A stretch of DNA of 64,000 nucleotides from Escherichia coli (GCF_044647545.1 NZ_CP172818.1); one strand, 5' to 3'. Shown: positions 33,933 through 43,225, counted from the stretch's first letter. Numbers and translations are program-made. The notes: generated by a model from the letters alone, not told the origin.

Positions 33933-34103
33933 ATGTCAGAACGTAAAAACTCAAAATCACGCCGTAATTATCTCGTTAAATGTTCCTGCCCAAACTGCAC
34001 CCAAGAGTCAGAACACAGTTTTTCAAGAGTACAAAAAGGTGCCCTTTTGATCTGCCCTCATTGCAACAAAGTATTCCAGACAAATCTTAAAGCTGTAGCC
34101 TGA
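33933..34103 (+). CDS. 56-aa zinc-ribbon small protein (two CxxC pairs); possibly the ribosome-profiling-identified small protein of this region
   Basis: AGGAAAA RBS 6 nt upstream of ATG; MSERKNSKSRRNYLVKCSCPNCTQESEHSFSRVQKGALLICPHCNKVFQTNLKAVA; hairpin downstream. Confidence 0.45.
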   Translation: MSERKNSKSRRNYLVKCSCPNCTQESEHSFSRVQKGALLICPHCNKVFQTNLKAVA

Positions 34104-34466
34104 TTGATTTTATTAGTAACAAGTATTTTTTATATTTTAATAATATATTTAAAGCAGATAATAAAAAACCCGCCTGAGCGGGTTTGAGATTGTGGTGCTT
34201 TTTGTGGGAGTCATCCACTTACGCACTTTGTTTTGCCATGCCAGCAGTTAGCTTCTGCTGTAAAACTATTCATGCAGCAAACCTGCACTTCACCACAATG
34301 GTTAGCATACTTTTCCTGATTAAGATTTTGCCAAATATGCTAGCCATTGTTTCATGTATTGGACCTCCTTACTTTTTATTAAAGAGATCCAATATTCACT
34401 ACTCTGTCCGTATCTCTACTCAGGCATCAGCCTTCTTCGTTATCGTATACAGACGAGCGATGAATT

Positions 34467-34682
34467 TTAATCAGTAATGATGACATTTGCTGCTGCAGGA
34501 CCTTTAGCACCACTCTCTATAGAGAAGGTAACCTTTTGACCTTCAAATAAGGTTCGATAATTATCATTCTGAATCGCAGAAAAATGCACAAACACATCTT
34601 TACTACCATCAACAGGAGAAATAAAGCCGAAACCTTTATCAGCGTTAAACCATTTTACTAAACCAGTCATTTTATTTGACAT
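34467..34682 (-). CDS. cspB: cold-shock protein CspB, 71 aa
   Basis: [38 protein letters not shown]... Confidence 0.9.
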   Translation of the reverse strand: MSNKMTGLVKWFNADKGFGFISPVDGSKDVFVHFSAIQNDNYRTLFEGQKVTFSIESGAKGPAAANVIITD

Positions 34683-34982
34683 TCTACATTCCTTAACTTG
34701 AGCCTTTCGGCATAAATGGTTTGCATAACAGAAACGACTTCGTACTTAATTGGAGAGACTCAAAGAAGGAATAAGTGAATAACACCTGAAATGAGAACTG
34801 CTTTAGTAAACTACTTCGTATATCGTCTGTTCTTCAAACCGACGCAATCATTAACGCATAGTTGAACATATGAAGCAATGTTTATTTTAGACATCCAGCC
34901 ATCTTCAACCCCATCAAAAAACTATAGCTTTCTTCAGGAACGTGTGTATAGTGCGCCAAGTTATCAGTATTAAGGAATTTTT

Positions 34983-35195
34983 TTGTCCCGTAAAATGACA
35001 GGAATTGTCAAAACCTTTGACGGCAAAAGCGGCAAGGGTCTTATCACCCCATCCGATGGTCGTATCGATGTCCAGCTTCATGTTTCAGCGCTCAATCTCC
35101 GCGATGCAGAAGAAATTACCACCGGATTACGCGTGGAATTTTGCCGGATAAATGGTCTGCGTGGCCCTTCAGCTGCCAATGTTTACCTTTCATGA
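34983..35195 (+). CDS. cspF: cold-shock-like protein CspF, 70 aa (TTG start as reported by the ORF track)
   Basis: [37 protein letters not shown]...; divergent from cspB. Confidence 0.85.
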
Positions 35196-35616
35196 GCTAT
35201 ATTAAAGCTTTAATTTCAGGCCCCATCGGATCACACATGGAGAGTTTTTATGAATAACCCCGTCTGTCTTGATGACTGGTTGATTGGCTTTAAAAGCTTA
35301 TGCTGTACTTTGGCCGTAATAGCTCTGCTAATAATATAATAAGCAGACTCATTGTGTTTAGGGACATTGTACTGGAAGAAAACATTTTAAACATCAGGCA
35401 AATAACCAAGTCACCAGCTAAATAATAAGTTAACAGACATGAGTCCCGGGATGAGATTCAACATTACCATTGCCCCATTTAAAGCACAAAACCCGCTCAT
35501 CAGCGGGTTTTCTACTTTTTCTTAACGTCGGGTATACAAAGCCCATCGTTAGGAGAATCCTAACCAAATTTTTTGAAAAATGCAAGAATCATGTCGCCAT
35601 CTTCGGCGAAAATCAT

Positions 35617-36369
35617 TTATCTCGTCACTTTTCTTAATTGCGCCTCAGCATATGCTTCTTCCTGCCAGCACTTTGTCACCAGTTTATCAATGACATCTGC
35701 ATATCCTTTGTACCACTGATAATCCGTCAGGTCTGGTACCAGCTTCTGGACATGATGCCGCGCCAGTGTGGTTGGTAAACGGCTAAACCGATTTCCATTG
35801 CAACGCCCACAAATCTTATAAACAGGCGTGCCATGAAGCCGGGTCCTTTTTTCATCCAGGACAATACCTTTACCCTTACACCCTCTGCACGCTGTGCTGA
35901 CTTCTCCCTTACCATGACAATGCTGACATAGTTCCTTCACCCACTCTTCCTTGATAACAGATTCCCCGCTTCTGGAGTGTTTCACCACTTCGCGCAATAC
36001 ATTATGAAATCCAGTACCAGCACAATGCTCACAGCGAGCCTTACTTGCCGCAGACCTGGAATAATCAGCAAAGGCAAAATTCACAAGGTAAGGGATGATC
36101 TGTAACCGGGTTTCTTCACTCAATTTGTTCAATGTCGGGTTATCCAGTGCCATCGCGTAATTGAGCAGACCTTCAATCGCAAATTGAGGATCCTGAACAC
36201 CAACTTTTGCCAGGAATAAGGCAAACCCAAGCGGTGCTTTCGACTGCACCATCCCCTGCGCAGCCATCACATCCGTAATCGTTAAACCACCTGAGCCTGT
36301 CGCCGGTGCGTCATCGCTCAATTTTGGAGATTTTGGGGAGTAATATTTTGGTAAGGCTTCAAGGTTCAT
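35617..36369 (-). CDS. quuQ: late-gene antiterminator Q homologue QuuQ, 250 aa
   Basis: 250-aa ORF with Cys-rich zinc-binding region upstream of the lysis cassette. Confidence 0.85.
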   Translation of the reverse strand: MNLEALPKYYSPKSPKLSDDAPATGSGGLTITDVMAAQGMVQSKAPLGFALFLAKVGVQDPQFAIEGLLNYAMALDNPTLNKLSEETRLQIIPYLVNFAFADYSRSAASKARCEHCAGTGFHNVLREVVKHSRSGESVIKEEWVKELCQHCHGKGEVSTACRGCKGKGIVLDEKRTRLHGTPVYKICGRCNGNRFSRLPTTLARHHVQKLVPDLTDYQWYKGYADVIDKLVTKCWQEEAYAEAQLRKVTR

Positions 36370-36564
36370 GCTCGTTCTCCACTTACGCCAGTACGCCTAT
36401 TGCCAGCGCACGATCGATAAAACGAAATATCAGCTCCAGCTGGGAACCATACATCTCTTCAAATGCCACGGTATCCGCATGCAGCTCGTCGTGATGCTTT
36501 CTGCACAAAGGCAACACGAAGAGGTCATGCGCTTTTGTACCCATTCCACCCTGACCGTGGCCTA

Positions 36565-37470
36565 TCAGGTGATGGGGATCATCGGCAGGCTTACCACAAC
36601 ACGCACACGGCTGTGTCTTAACCCAGCGCGTGTACTTCTCATTAACCCAGCGGCGACGTTTAGGCGCTTCATAAAAGATTCCGGCGACTCTGGATCAACG
36701 GCAATGCTGACCACCGTCTTTTCCTGTGGTGGGTTCTGTTGCTGGTGGGCGTGAGGCAGCGGCGCAAGATTTTTTGTGCGCTGTTTCAGTATGCTGGTGG
36801 CGGTCTGCTCTCCCGGTACGATGTCGCTTTCGCGGTACACCGAGCAGATTTTTTCCGCTGGTAATCCCAGCGAACGACGCGATACAGCCTCAGGTAGTGC
36901 ATCCACCACCTGATTGCAGACCGCCCACCAGGATAATTCAGCCAAAGATAATTCCCGCTCCTGCGTACCGCTTATTGCGTGACGGATGACGTCAATCACC
37001 CATGCTGTCAGATTTTGTTGAGCAAGCAGCTCCAGTGATTCCGATGTCTGGTCACGCAGTTGGTTGTCGCAGTGCCAACACAACACCATTGCGCCGGTAC
37101 CATAACGGTGAATGACTGTTTCAGTGTGATGGTAATCTCCATTAGGCCACTGGCAGGATGTAACATGACGTAATAGCCAGTCAGACAATGCGCCAACGCC
37201 GCCAGCAGCACGAATCACCCGTTCGTTACTAAAAAACGGCAGCAATGTTTTGTCTTCCGCCAGCGGCTGGCCAACGGCAGGAACGACTCCGGATGGCAGA
37301 TTACGCATGCTTTTTGGTTCCGGTTCCACCAGCACTCGAGGATTATGAAATATCTGTATGGATTCACGGCCCGGCTTAAGGACCACCAGCCCAAGCTCAG
37401 GCACCAGAACAGGTCTAAGTAATACCCGCACGTTACCTCCAGATCCGTTGCTGGAAAGTGCGGGACGCAC
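36565..37470 (-). CDS. ydfU: DUF968-type prophage protein YdfU (301-aa frame, GTG start per ORF track)
   Basis: Long minus-strand ORF; its 5' end overlaps the adjacent 92-aa ORF by 38 bp in a different frame. Confidence 0.7.
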   Translation of the reverse strand: MRPALSSNGSGGNVRVLLRPVLVPELGLVVLKPGRESIQIFHNPRVLVEPEPKSMRNLPSGVVPAVGQPLAEDKTLLPFFSNERVIRAAGGVGALSDWLLRHVTSCQWPNGDYHHTETVIHRYGTGAMVLCWHCDNQLRDQTSESLELLAQQNLTAWVIDVIRHAISGTQERELSLAELSWWAVCNQVVDALPEAVSRRSLGLPAEKICSVYRESDIVPGEQTATSILKQRTKNLAPLPHAHQQQNPPQEKTVVSIAVDPESPESFMKRLNVAAGLMRSTRAGLRHSRVRVVVSLPMIPIT

Positions 37471-37711
37471 GTGGTGGGCGTTCGGAGTAAGGCAATCTGA
37501 CTGAGATTATCCAGTGACGGTAGTCGAGACTAAGGGCTTTCTTAACCTCGTATCCGCGCCTGCGGTAACACTGAATTATCCATTCAGCCTGCTCTTCAGT
37601 GCATGGAGGGTGTTGGAACCATTCAGACTTGAATGCGTGAGAATACCGCTCGTGCGTGCAGGCAAGAACGGGCGAATTATCAGAATTGTAATATTTTACG
37701 TTGCGTGCCAT
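37433..37711 (-). CDS. 92-aa Cys-containing prophage ORF upstream of ydfU (separate gene or frameshifted N-terminus of ydfU)
   Basis: MARNVKYYNSDNSPVLACTHERYSHAFKSEWFQHPPCTEEQAEWIIQCYRRRGYEVKK... Confidence 0.45.
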   Translation of the reverse strand: MARNVKYYNSDNSPVLACTHERYSHAFKSEWFQHPPCTEEQAEWIIQCYRRRGYEVKKALSLDYRHWIISVRLPYSERPPRASRTFQQRIWR

Positions 37712-37777
37712 CGGTTTTCTCCGGTGGCACGGTGTTACTCAGCGGGAGTTCAGCCCCGCGCAAGATTGTAGATGAGT

Positions 37778-38029
37778 TTATTCTTCTGCAAAAGCTGAAA
37801 AGCCTGCTTTTATTCCGATCTCTTTCAGTGCCTGTAATGAAGTGACAAACTCACCTTCGCGCAAGATAAATCCGTCTGTCACTCGACCATCCACAAAATT
37901 AATTAACGCAGCCCCATTCTTTCGCAAACACATAATGCGGTAATGACTAACAAGATTTCCATTTTCAACGCACACCGCATAGAGGCCATCTTCACAAAAA
38001 ATTTTACGCAGTTCTTCGATGTTCATCAT
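37778..38029 (-). CDS. rem: Rem, Qin prophage protein, 83 aa
   Basis: 83-aa ORF MMNIEELRKIFCEDGLYAVCVENGNLVSHYRIMCL... Confidence 0.75.
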   Translation of the reverse strand: MMNIEELRKIFCEDGLYAVCVENGNLVSHYRIMCLRKNGAALINFVDGRVTDGFILREGEFVTSLQALKEIGIKAGFSAFAEE

Positions 38030-38245
38030 CAGAATCCTTCCGGATAATTAGCTCTCCCCTTTAAGGGACCATCCCTCTTATCCCTGCGCGCTACTTAAGT
38101 ATTTTTGATTCTATTCCGGCACCGTCCAGAACTTCAAACGCGTTGAAAATAAAAACAAAAACCCGCCGAAGCGGGTTAAGTGCGGGTGCGTTGAGGATGC
38201 CTGCCACATCAGAGGTGGCGAGGGATTTCTCCCTCGCCGGGTCTC

Positions 38246-38401
38246 TTACTCCTCAGGTTCGTAAGCTGTGAAGACAGCGACCTCCGTCTGCCCGGTTCGG
38301 ATTCGTACCTCGCAGAGGTCTTTCCTCGTTACCAGTGCCGTCACTATGACGGTTAAACAGATGACGATCAGGGCGATTAACATCGCCTTTTGCTGCTTCA
38401 T
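38246..38401 (-). CDS. hokD: Hok-family membrane toxin HokD (RelF), 51 aa
   Basis: Minus strand encodes MKQQKAMLIALIVICLTVIVTALVTRKDLCEVRIRTGQTEVAVFTAYEPEE. Confidence 0.85.
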   Translation of the reverse strand: MKQQKAMLIALIVICLTVIVTALVTRKDLCEVRIRTGQTEVAVFTAYEPEE

Positions 38402-38472
38402 AGCCTGCTTCTCCTGTCAACGCAAAGCAGAAGTGTCACCTTCGGTGCGAAACAGAGATGTCATGCTTTGGT

Positions 38473-38760
38473 TCAGAGAATGCGTTTGACCGCCTCGCTA
38501 TATACTTCCGAGCGTTCTCTTTTCCCAACAGAAATCACGAAAACGACAACTTTCTCGTCTATAACCTGGTATACAAGGCGATAGCCTGAAGACCGGAGCT
38601 TAATCTTGTAACAATCAGGCATACCACGGAGCTTGTTTGCTTCAATCCGGGGTGACTCAAGTACTTCAACCAGCTTCTTTTTCAACTGTTCACGTACCGT
38701 CGAGCCCAGCTTTCGCCATTCCTTTAGTGCCCGCTCGTCAAAATCCAGAAAATACGCCAT
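38473..38760 (-). CDS. relE: mRNA interferase toxin RelE, 95 aa
   Basis: MAYFLDFDERALKEWRKLGSTVREQLKKKLVEVLESPRIEANKLRG... Confidence 0.95.
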   Translation of the reverse strand: MAYFLDFDERALKEWRKLGSTVREQLKKKLVEVLESPRIEANKLRGMPDCYKIKLRSSGYRLVYQVIDEKVVVFVISVGKRERSEVYSEAVKRIL

Positions 38761-38999
38761 CAGAGTTCATCCAGCGTCACACGTACTGGCTTAGGATTAC
38801 GAAGCCGTTCTTTCACTATCTCCACAAGTTCAGCATCTTCATCACTCAGGAGTGTCTGTTTGAACGGCAAGCGTTCATTGTCAGCGATATACTCGAGCAT
38901 GAGACGAAGCGCTTCAGAAGGAGTTACACCCATTTTTTCAAGCGCGGCGTAAGAACGCGCTTTAAGTTCATCGTCAATACGCAGGTTAATGCTACCCAT
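38760..38999 (-). CDS. relB: antitoxin RelB, 79 aa
   Basis: MGSINLRIDDELKARSYAALEKMGVTPSEALRLML...; stop overlaps relE start. Confidence 0.95.
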   Translation of the reverse strand: MGSINLRIDDELKARSYAALEKMGVTPSEALRLMLEYIADNERLPFKQTLLSDEDAELVEIVKERLRNPKPVRVTLDEL

Positions 39000-39023
39000 G
39001 TCTTACACCTCTTGTAATTACAA

Positions 39024-39329
39024 ATGTCATTACAAGTATCGCACTACAACATGCTTAGGGCAAGTCACGAAGGAAGTCAGAAAGTAGTCGTAAGAACGGT
39101 GATCACTGTCCGCTTTGTGCCAGGAGCAGCCATTGCTAAGTCCATCCTGTATTGTGCAGGTCAGCTCGTTTTTAAAGAGTCCGGCCATCATCTTACTGGT
39201 ACAGACACCATATACTTTGTGACGGTCAGGCTACATATGCACAACTCAACTTATTCATCTATTTTTTGCTTTAGCATGTCAGTGTTGCTTTCTCGTCGGC
39301 GGGTGAGCGGTGACCTGACCTGTCGATAA
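39024..39329 (+). CDS. ydfV: Qin prophage protein YdfV, 101 aa
   Basis: 101-aa ORF; weak coding signal. Confidence 0.6.
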   Translation: MSLQVSHYNMLRASHEGSQKVVVRTVITVRFVPGAAIAKSILYCAGQLVFKESGHHLTGTDTIYFVTVRLHMHNSTYSSIFCFSMSVLLSRRRVSGDLTCR

Positions 39330-39531
39330 AGGAACGTAACACGTTTTATGCAACACCCGCATGCGGCAGAAAATTATTGCCGAACGTTTACCCCTGTCAA
39401 CAAGCTTTACTTTCTGAGGCGCGCCAGCCCGCGAGGAAAACAATCTGAACATCAAACAATTAATGACACAAGAAATACGATTAAAGATTTTTTTGTGCAT
39501 GCCGATAGTGCTTTTTTAAAAGGAGAAATCT

Positions 39532-39864
39532 ATGTCTGTCACAATTCAGGGAAATACCTCAACCGTTATTTCAAACAACTCCGCCCCGGAAGGAACATCA
39601 GAAATAGCCAAAATCACAAGACAAATTCAGGTGCTGACTGAAAAGCTTGGGAAAATCTCATCGGAAGAGGGGATGACGACACAGCAGAAAAAAGAAATGG
39701 CTGCATTGGTACAGAAGCAAATTGAAAGCCTCTGGGCTCAACTGGAGCAGTTGTTAAGGCAGCAGGCAGAGAAAAAGAATGAAGACGCGACAGTTCAGCC
39801 TGATAAAAAAGAAGAGAAAAAAGACGATACAAATACCGCTGGCACCATTGATATTTACGTCTAA
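39532..39864 (+). CDS. flxA: FlxA (flagellar-regulon sigma-28-dependent protein), 110 aa
   Basis: 110-aa Lys/Glu-rich ORF; GGAG RBS; terminator follows. Confidence 0.85.
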   Translation: MSVTIQGNTSTVISNNSAPEGTSEIAKITRQIQVLTEKLGKISSEEGMTTQQKKEMAALVQKQIESLWAQLEQLLRQQAEKKNEDATVQPDKKEEKKDDTNTAGTIDIYV

Positions 39865-39877
39865 GTGACAGCCGTAT

Positions 39878-39902
39878 TGTGGCCCTCATCGGGCCACTTT
39901 TC
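39878..39902 (+). terminator. rho-independent terminator after flxA
   Basis: gtggccctcatcgggccac hairpin followed by ttttc. Confidence 0.6.
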
Positions 39903-40248
39903 GCCATCAGCCTTTTCTTTAAAGACATATTATCTTTGTATCATTTCTGATAGTTAACATTACAAGATATAAGTAATGGACGCACTCCCAATTAGTCTAT
40001 TTAAATCGCCACGAGTTTAACTGACAACCCATGATCAATTATGAATTGCAACTATTTCTGTAGTCACTTTTGTGGGGACAGTCCACAAAACTGCCAACTT
40101 CCGCTTCTTGCTCTTAGCGGACATTAGCATAGGCTATTTACCATAACGCCTCATTACGCGCACCGCCCAGACTGACTCAGCGCGTTTCTGGCATATCCCC
40201 GGTAAAACAAGTAACAAACCACCCGAAAATGAACACCAGAAACGCGAC

Positions 40249-40476
40249 TTAAGAATCTACCCTATGAATGGATATGCACTCAACCGAATCGATCTTGGTT
40301 TCAATCTTTTTTATCGGGATCAGGCTTCTTTTTAGGTAACTTCGGGGGCTTAACTTGCTGATGACTTTGCGTTCGGCGCGTAAGCCAGGGATGGTCAGCT
40401 TTAGGTTTAACATAGTATTTTGAGCGTAAATCAATACGGGCATTATCCACTCGTTCATGGACACTCTTTTCATCAT
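40249..40476 (-). pseudogene. ydfW: integrase-like fragment YdfW (IntK remnant)
   Basis: 75-aa ORF with weak similarity to the C-terminal end of tyrosine recombinases; far too short to be functional. Confidence 0.55.
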
Positions 40477-40763
40477 CCAGTGGTAGCCTCCATAATTGCA
40501 GGCACTAGCGCCGTGAACTTTTCACGCTTATCCCTAGTGTCGATAGCCTTCCAGCGTTCGAATATCTTCACTCGATTAACGCCAAGCGCTCGCTGATCAA
40601 CCGCGCCACCTTCATCTGTGACACGCTGAACATCGATGTTCGGGCGCTCTTTCAAAGCCCAGAATGCTTCAGTGATTAATATCGTCGCCTGCTCCTGTGT
40701 CATTCCTGGTCGACATATCCAGGCATCCAGAGCCTCACGAGCCTGTTCAGGAGTGATTTTCAT
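40473..40763 (-). CDS. ydfX: Qin prophage protein YdfX, 96 aa
   Basis: 96-aa ORF overlapping dicC stop. Confidence 0.7.
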   Translation of the reverse strand: MKITPEQAREALDAWICRPGMTQEQATILITEAFWALKERPNIDVQRVTDEGGAVDQRALGVNRVKIFERWKAIDTRDKREKFTALVPAIMEATTG

Positions 40764-40974
40764 TGTTCAACCGCCCCGCCCGCTTCGTCTTACGATATTC
40801 GTCATAAACCTTGGGATCATACAGAAGCTCGCCGCCAGATGCCTCCTGTAGACGCATCGCGCGACCTTCAGGAACCAGCTCTTGCCATTGAGAAACAGCA
40901 GATGGGTCAACGCCAGCAGCTTTCGCTACTTTGGCTTTCGTACCGTAAAAATTAATTACGTCTGATTTAAACAT
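40747..40974 (-). CDS. dicC: Cro-like repressor DicC
   Basis: Small ORF divergent from dicA; C-terminal ...LQEASGGELLYDPKVYDEYRKTKRAGRLNNENHS. Confidence 0.8.
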   Translation of the reverse strand: MFKSDVINFYGTKAKVAKAAGVDPSAVSQWQELVPEGRAMRLQEASGGELLYDPKVYDEYRKTKRAGRLNNENHS

Positions 40975-41049
40975 CGCACCTCCAATATTGGTTTTCTCAA
41001 TGCTAATCACTCAAGAATCTCAAGTCAAGGGTTATTAAGATATCTAAAT

Positions 41050-41457
41050 ATGAACGAGAAAACTTTAGGTCAACGCATTAGAGAAAGACGTAAGCAGGTA
41101 GGCTTAAGTCAAAACGGTTTAAGCAAAGCTGCTGGCGTATCTGGCTCATCAATTTCATTATGGGAAAGTGACCATACAGCCCCGCGCGGGCAAAATTTGC
41201 ATCGCCTCGCCGAGGTATTGCAATGTTCACCAACCTGGATACTGTTTGGCGACGAGGACAAAACACCAGCTCCCCCTGTTTCACTCGATAGTGCCTTAGA
41301 CTTATCGGAAGATGAGTTAGAGATGCTGCGTTTGTATCGCGCACTTCCTAAATCAGAGCAACAAGCACAACTCAGCGAACTCCGCGCCCGCGTTGAGAAT
41401 TTTAATCGCCTGTTCACCGAGCTATTAGAGGCTCGCAAACGCTACAAGCATCAATAA
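41050..41457 (+). CDS. dicA: HTH-XRE repressor DicA, 135 aa
   Basis: MNEKTLGQRIRERRKQVGLSQNGLSKAAGVSGSSISLWES... Confidence 0.9.
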   Translation: MNEKTLGQRIRERRKQVGLSQNGLSKAAGVSGSSISLWESDHTAPRGQNLHRLAEVLQCSPTWILFGDEDKTPAPPVSLDSALDLSEDELEMLRLYRALPKSEQQAQLSELRARVENFNRLFTELLEARKRYKHQ

Positions 41458-41649
41458 TCATCCCTTCACAAAATTTTAAAGCCTTACATTTCAATGTATT
41501 GGCTTTATCTTGCGCCAATACTTGAGTTTTCTCATCAAAAAACCTTGACGAAAAATAATGAGAAAACTAAATTACTTCCATCAAGACACCGCACGGTGTT
41601 CTCAGCAAACAGTTCCGCTACCCCGGCGTTAAGGGGAAATGAGGTCAGC

Positions 41650-41802
41650 ATGGATACTATCGATCTTGGCAACAGCGAATCTCTGGTATGTGGCGTGTTC
41701 CCCAACCAGGACGGTACGTTCACCGCGATGACATATACCAAAAGCAAAACGTTTAAAACCGAATCTGGCGCGCGTTGCTGGTTAGCCAGAAACACTGACT
41801 GA
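41650..41802 (+). CDS. ydfA: YdfA, 50 aa
   Basis: MDTIDLGNSESLVCGVFPNQDGTFTAMTYTKSKTFKTESGARCWLARNTD. Confidence 0.75.
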   Translation: MDTIDLGNSESLVCGVFPNQDGTFTAMTYTKSKTFKTESGARCWLARNTD

Positions 41803-41813
41803 TGAGGCTGACG

Positions 41814-42179
41814 ATGGAATTTAAAGATTTACCGTCTGATGTACAGAAAACAGCAGCTCATACATTGCATTCTGTGCTGCGAGAAATCGGGAAAGATATT
41901 GCAAGCGAGCCAGCAAAAGATCTGGCCCGGAAAATCAAGACCGCTTTCGTTGAGCTTTATAATGTTGGCACTGACTCTGAAACTGTCGAGACCAAGACCG
42001 TAAGTTCACCAATATTCTCACTTGAGCCAGGCGTATTATCAGGTGAAATATGCACCGAGATTTCCAGCGAACTGCTTCCGGTAATACGAGAAGCAATTTG
42101 CCGTCGCGGTTTGGATGGAAGTTACGATCATGACGTCCTGCAAGTTCTCAGGACAATGGTGACTTCACTGGGGATTTGA
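41814..42179 (+). CDS. single 121-aa ORF covering the region I recall as two small genes (ydfB and ydfC) in K-12
   Basis: GAGG RBS then ATG (MEFKDLPSDVQKTAAHTLHSVLREIG...); uninterrupted frame to 42179. Confidence 0.55.
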   Translation: MEFKDLPSDVQKTAAHTLHSVLREIGKDIASEPAKDLARKIKTAFVELYNVGTDSETVETKTVSSPIFSLEPGVLSGEICTEISSELLPVIREAICRRGLDGSYDHDVLQVLRTMVTSLGI

Positions 42180-42621
42180 TCCCTGCGTCCTCTAACCTTT
42201 TGATATAGCGGTCCTCCAAGAAGCGGTAAATTTTGTCGAAATCATCTTTCCCCTCTGTTTATTCAGAGGATTACAGGACCCGTAAGTAGCGGCATACATT
42301 TCAACCGTTTTATCAAAAATATAAGAGACAAATTCTTCTTTAGTCATATAGATTTCCTTCAATGGGTTATTCGGAAAGAAGGATACCACTTCGCCTGACG
42401 TGTTAAAAGCAGGCATACAACACGAAAGCGCACGGCGAAGTTCGTCTCACTGTACGGTGTCGTTAAATTTAATTCGACCGTGCGCTTCCGGTTGTGGCAA
42501 CCCGCGAAATGGCGCGGCGGTAAGTATGGCGGGGTTATTCCTTCCCCGTTGAGGACACCGAGTTGTCAGGTTGACCATACGCTTAAGTGACAACCCCGCT
42601 GCAACGCCCTCTGTTATCAAT

Positions 42622-42679
42622 TTTCTGGTGACGTTTGGCGGTATCAGTTTTACTCCGTGACTGCTCTGCCGCCCTTTTT
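42622..42679 (+). ncRNA. dicF: DicF sRNA (53 nt) plus its terminator U-tail
   Basis: tttctggtgacgtttggcggtatcagttttactccgtgactgctctgccgccc followed by ttttt. Confidence 0.8.
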
Positions 42680-42848
42680 AAAGTGAATTTTGTGATGCGG
42701 TGAATGCGGCTGAGCGCACGCGGAACAGTTAAAACCAAAAACAGTGTTATGGGTGGATTCTCTGTATCCGGCGTTAATTGTTAACTGGTTAACGTCACCT
42801 GGAGGCACCAGGCACCGCATCACAAAATTCATTGTTGAGGACGCGATA

Positions 42849-43037
42849 ATGGAAACGTTATTACCAAACGTTAATACGTCTGAAGGTTGTTTTGAAATTG
42901 GTGTCACTATCAGTAACCCTGTATTTACTGAAGATGCCATTAACAAGAGAAAACACGAACGGAAGCTATTAAATAAAATATGCATTCTTTCAATGTTGGC
43001 CCGTTTACGTCCGATACAAAAAGGATGCTGGCAATGA
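42849..43037 (+). CDS. dicB: cell-division inhibitor DicB, 62 aa
   Basis: METLLPNVNTSEGCFEIGVTISNPVFTEDAINKRK... Confidence 0.9.
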   Translation: METLLPNVNTSEGCFEIGVTISNPVFTEDAINKRKHERKLLNKICILSMLARLRPIQKGCWQ

Positions 43038-43225
43038 ATACAGCATTTGCACTTGTTCTGACAGTTTTTCTTGTTTCCGGAGAGCCAGTTGATATTGCAG
43101 TCAGTGTTCACAGGACAATGCAGGAGTGTGTGACTGCAGCAACCGAACAGAAAATTCCCGGTAACTGTTACCCGGTCGATAAAGTTATTCACCAGGATAA
43201 TAACGAAATCCCGGCAGGTCTTTAA
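43034..43225 (+). CDS. ydfD: YdfD, 63 aa small membrane (lysis-associated) protein
   Basis: MNTAFALVLTVFLVSGEPVDIAVSVHRTMQEC...; ATGA overlap with dicB stop. Confidence 0.8.
   Translation: MNTAFALVLTVFLVSGEPVDIAVSVHRTMQECVTAATEQKIPGNCYPVDKVIHQDNNEIPAGL

Noticed and set aside
42192-42416. 74-aa minus-strand ORF between the ydfB/C ORF and dicF
   Set aside because: No Shine-Dalgarno sequence upstream of its ATG and it lies antisense to the dicBF operon precursor; kept only as context in the leader-region finding.
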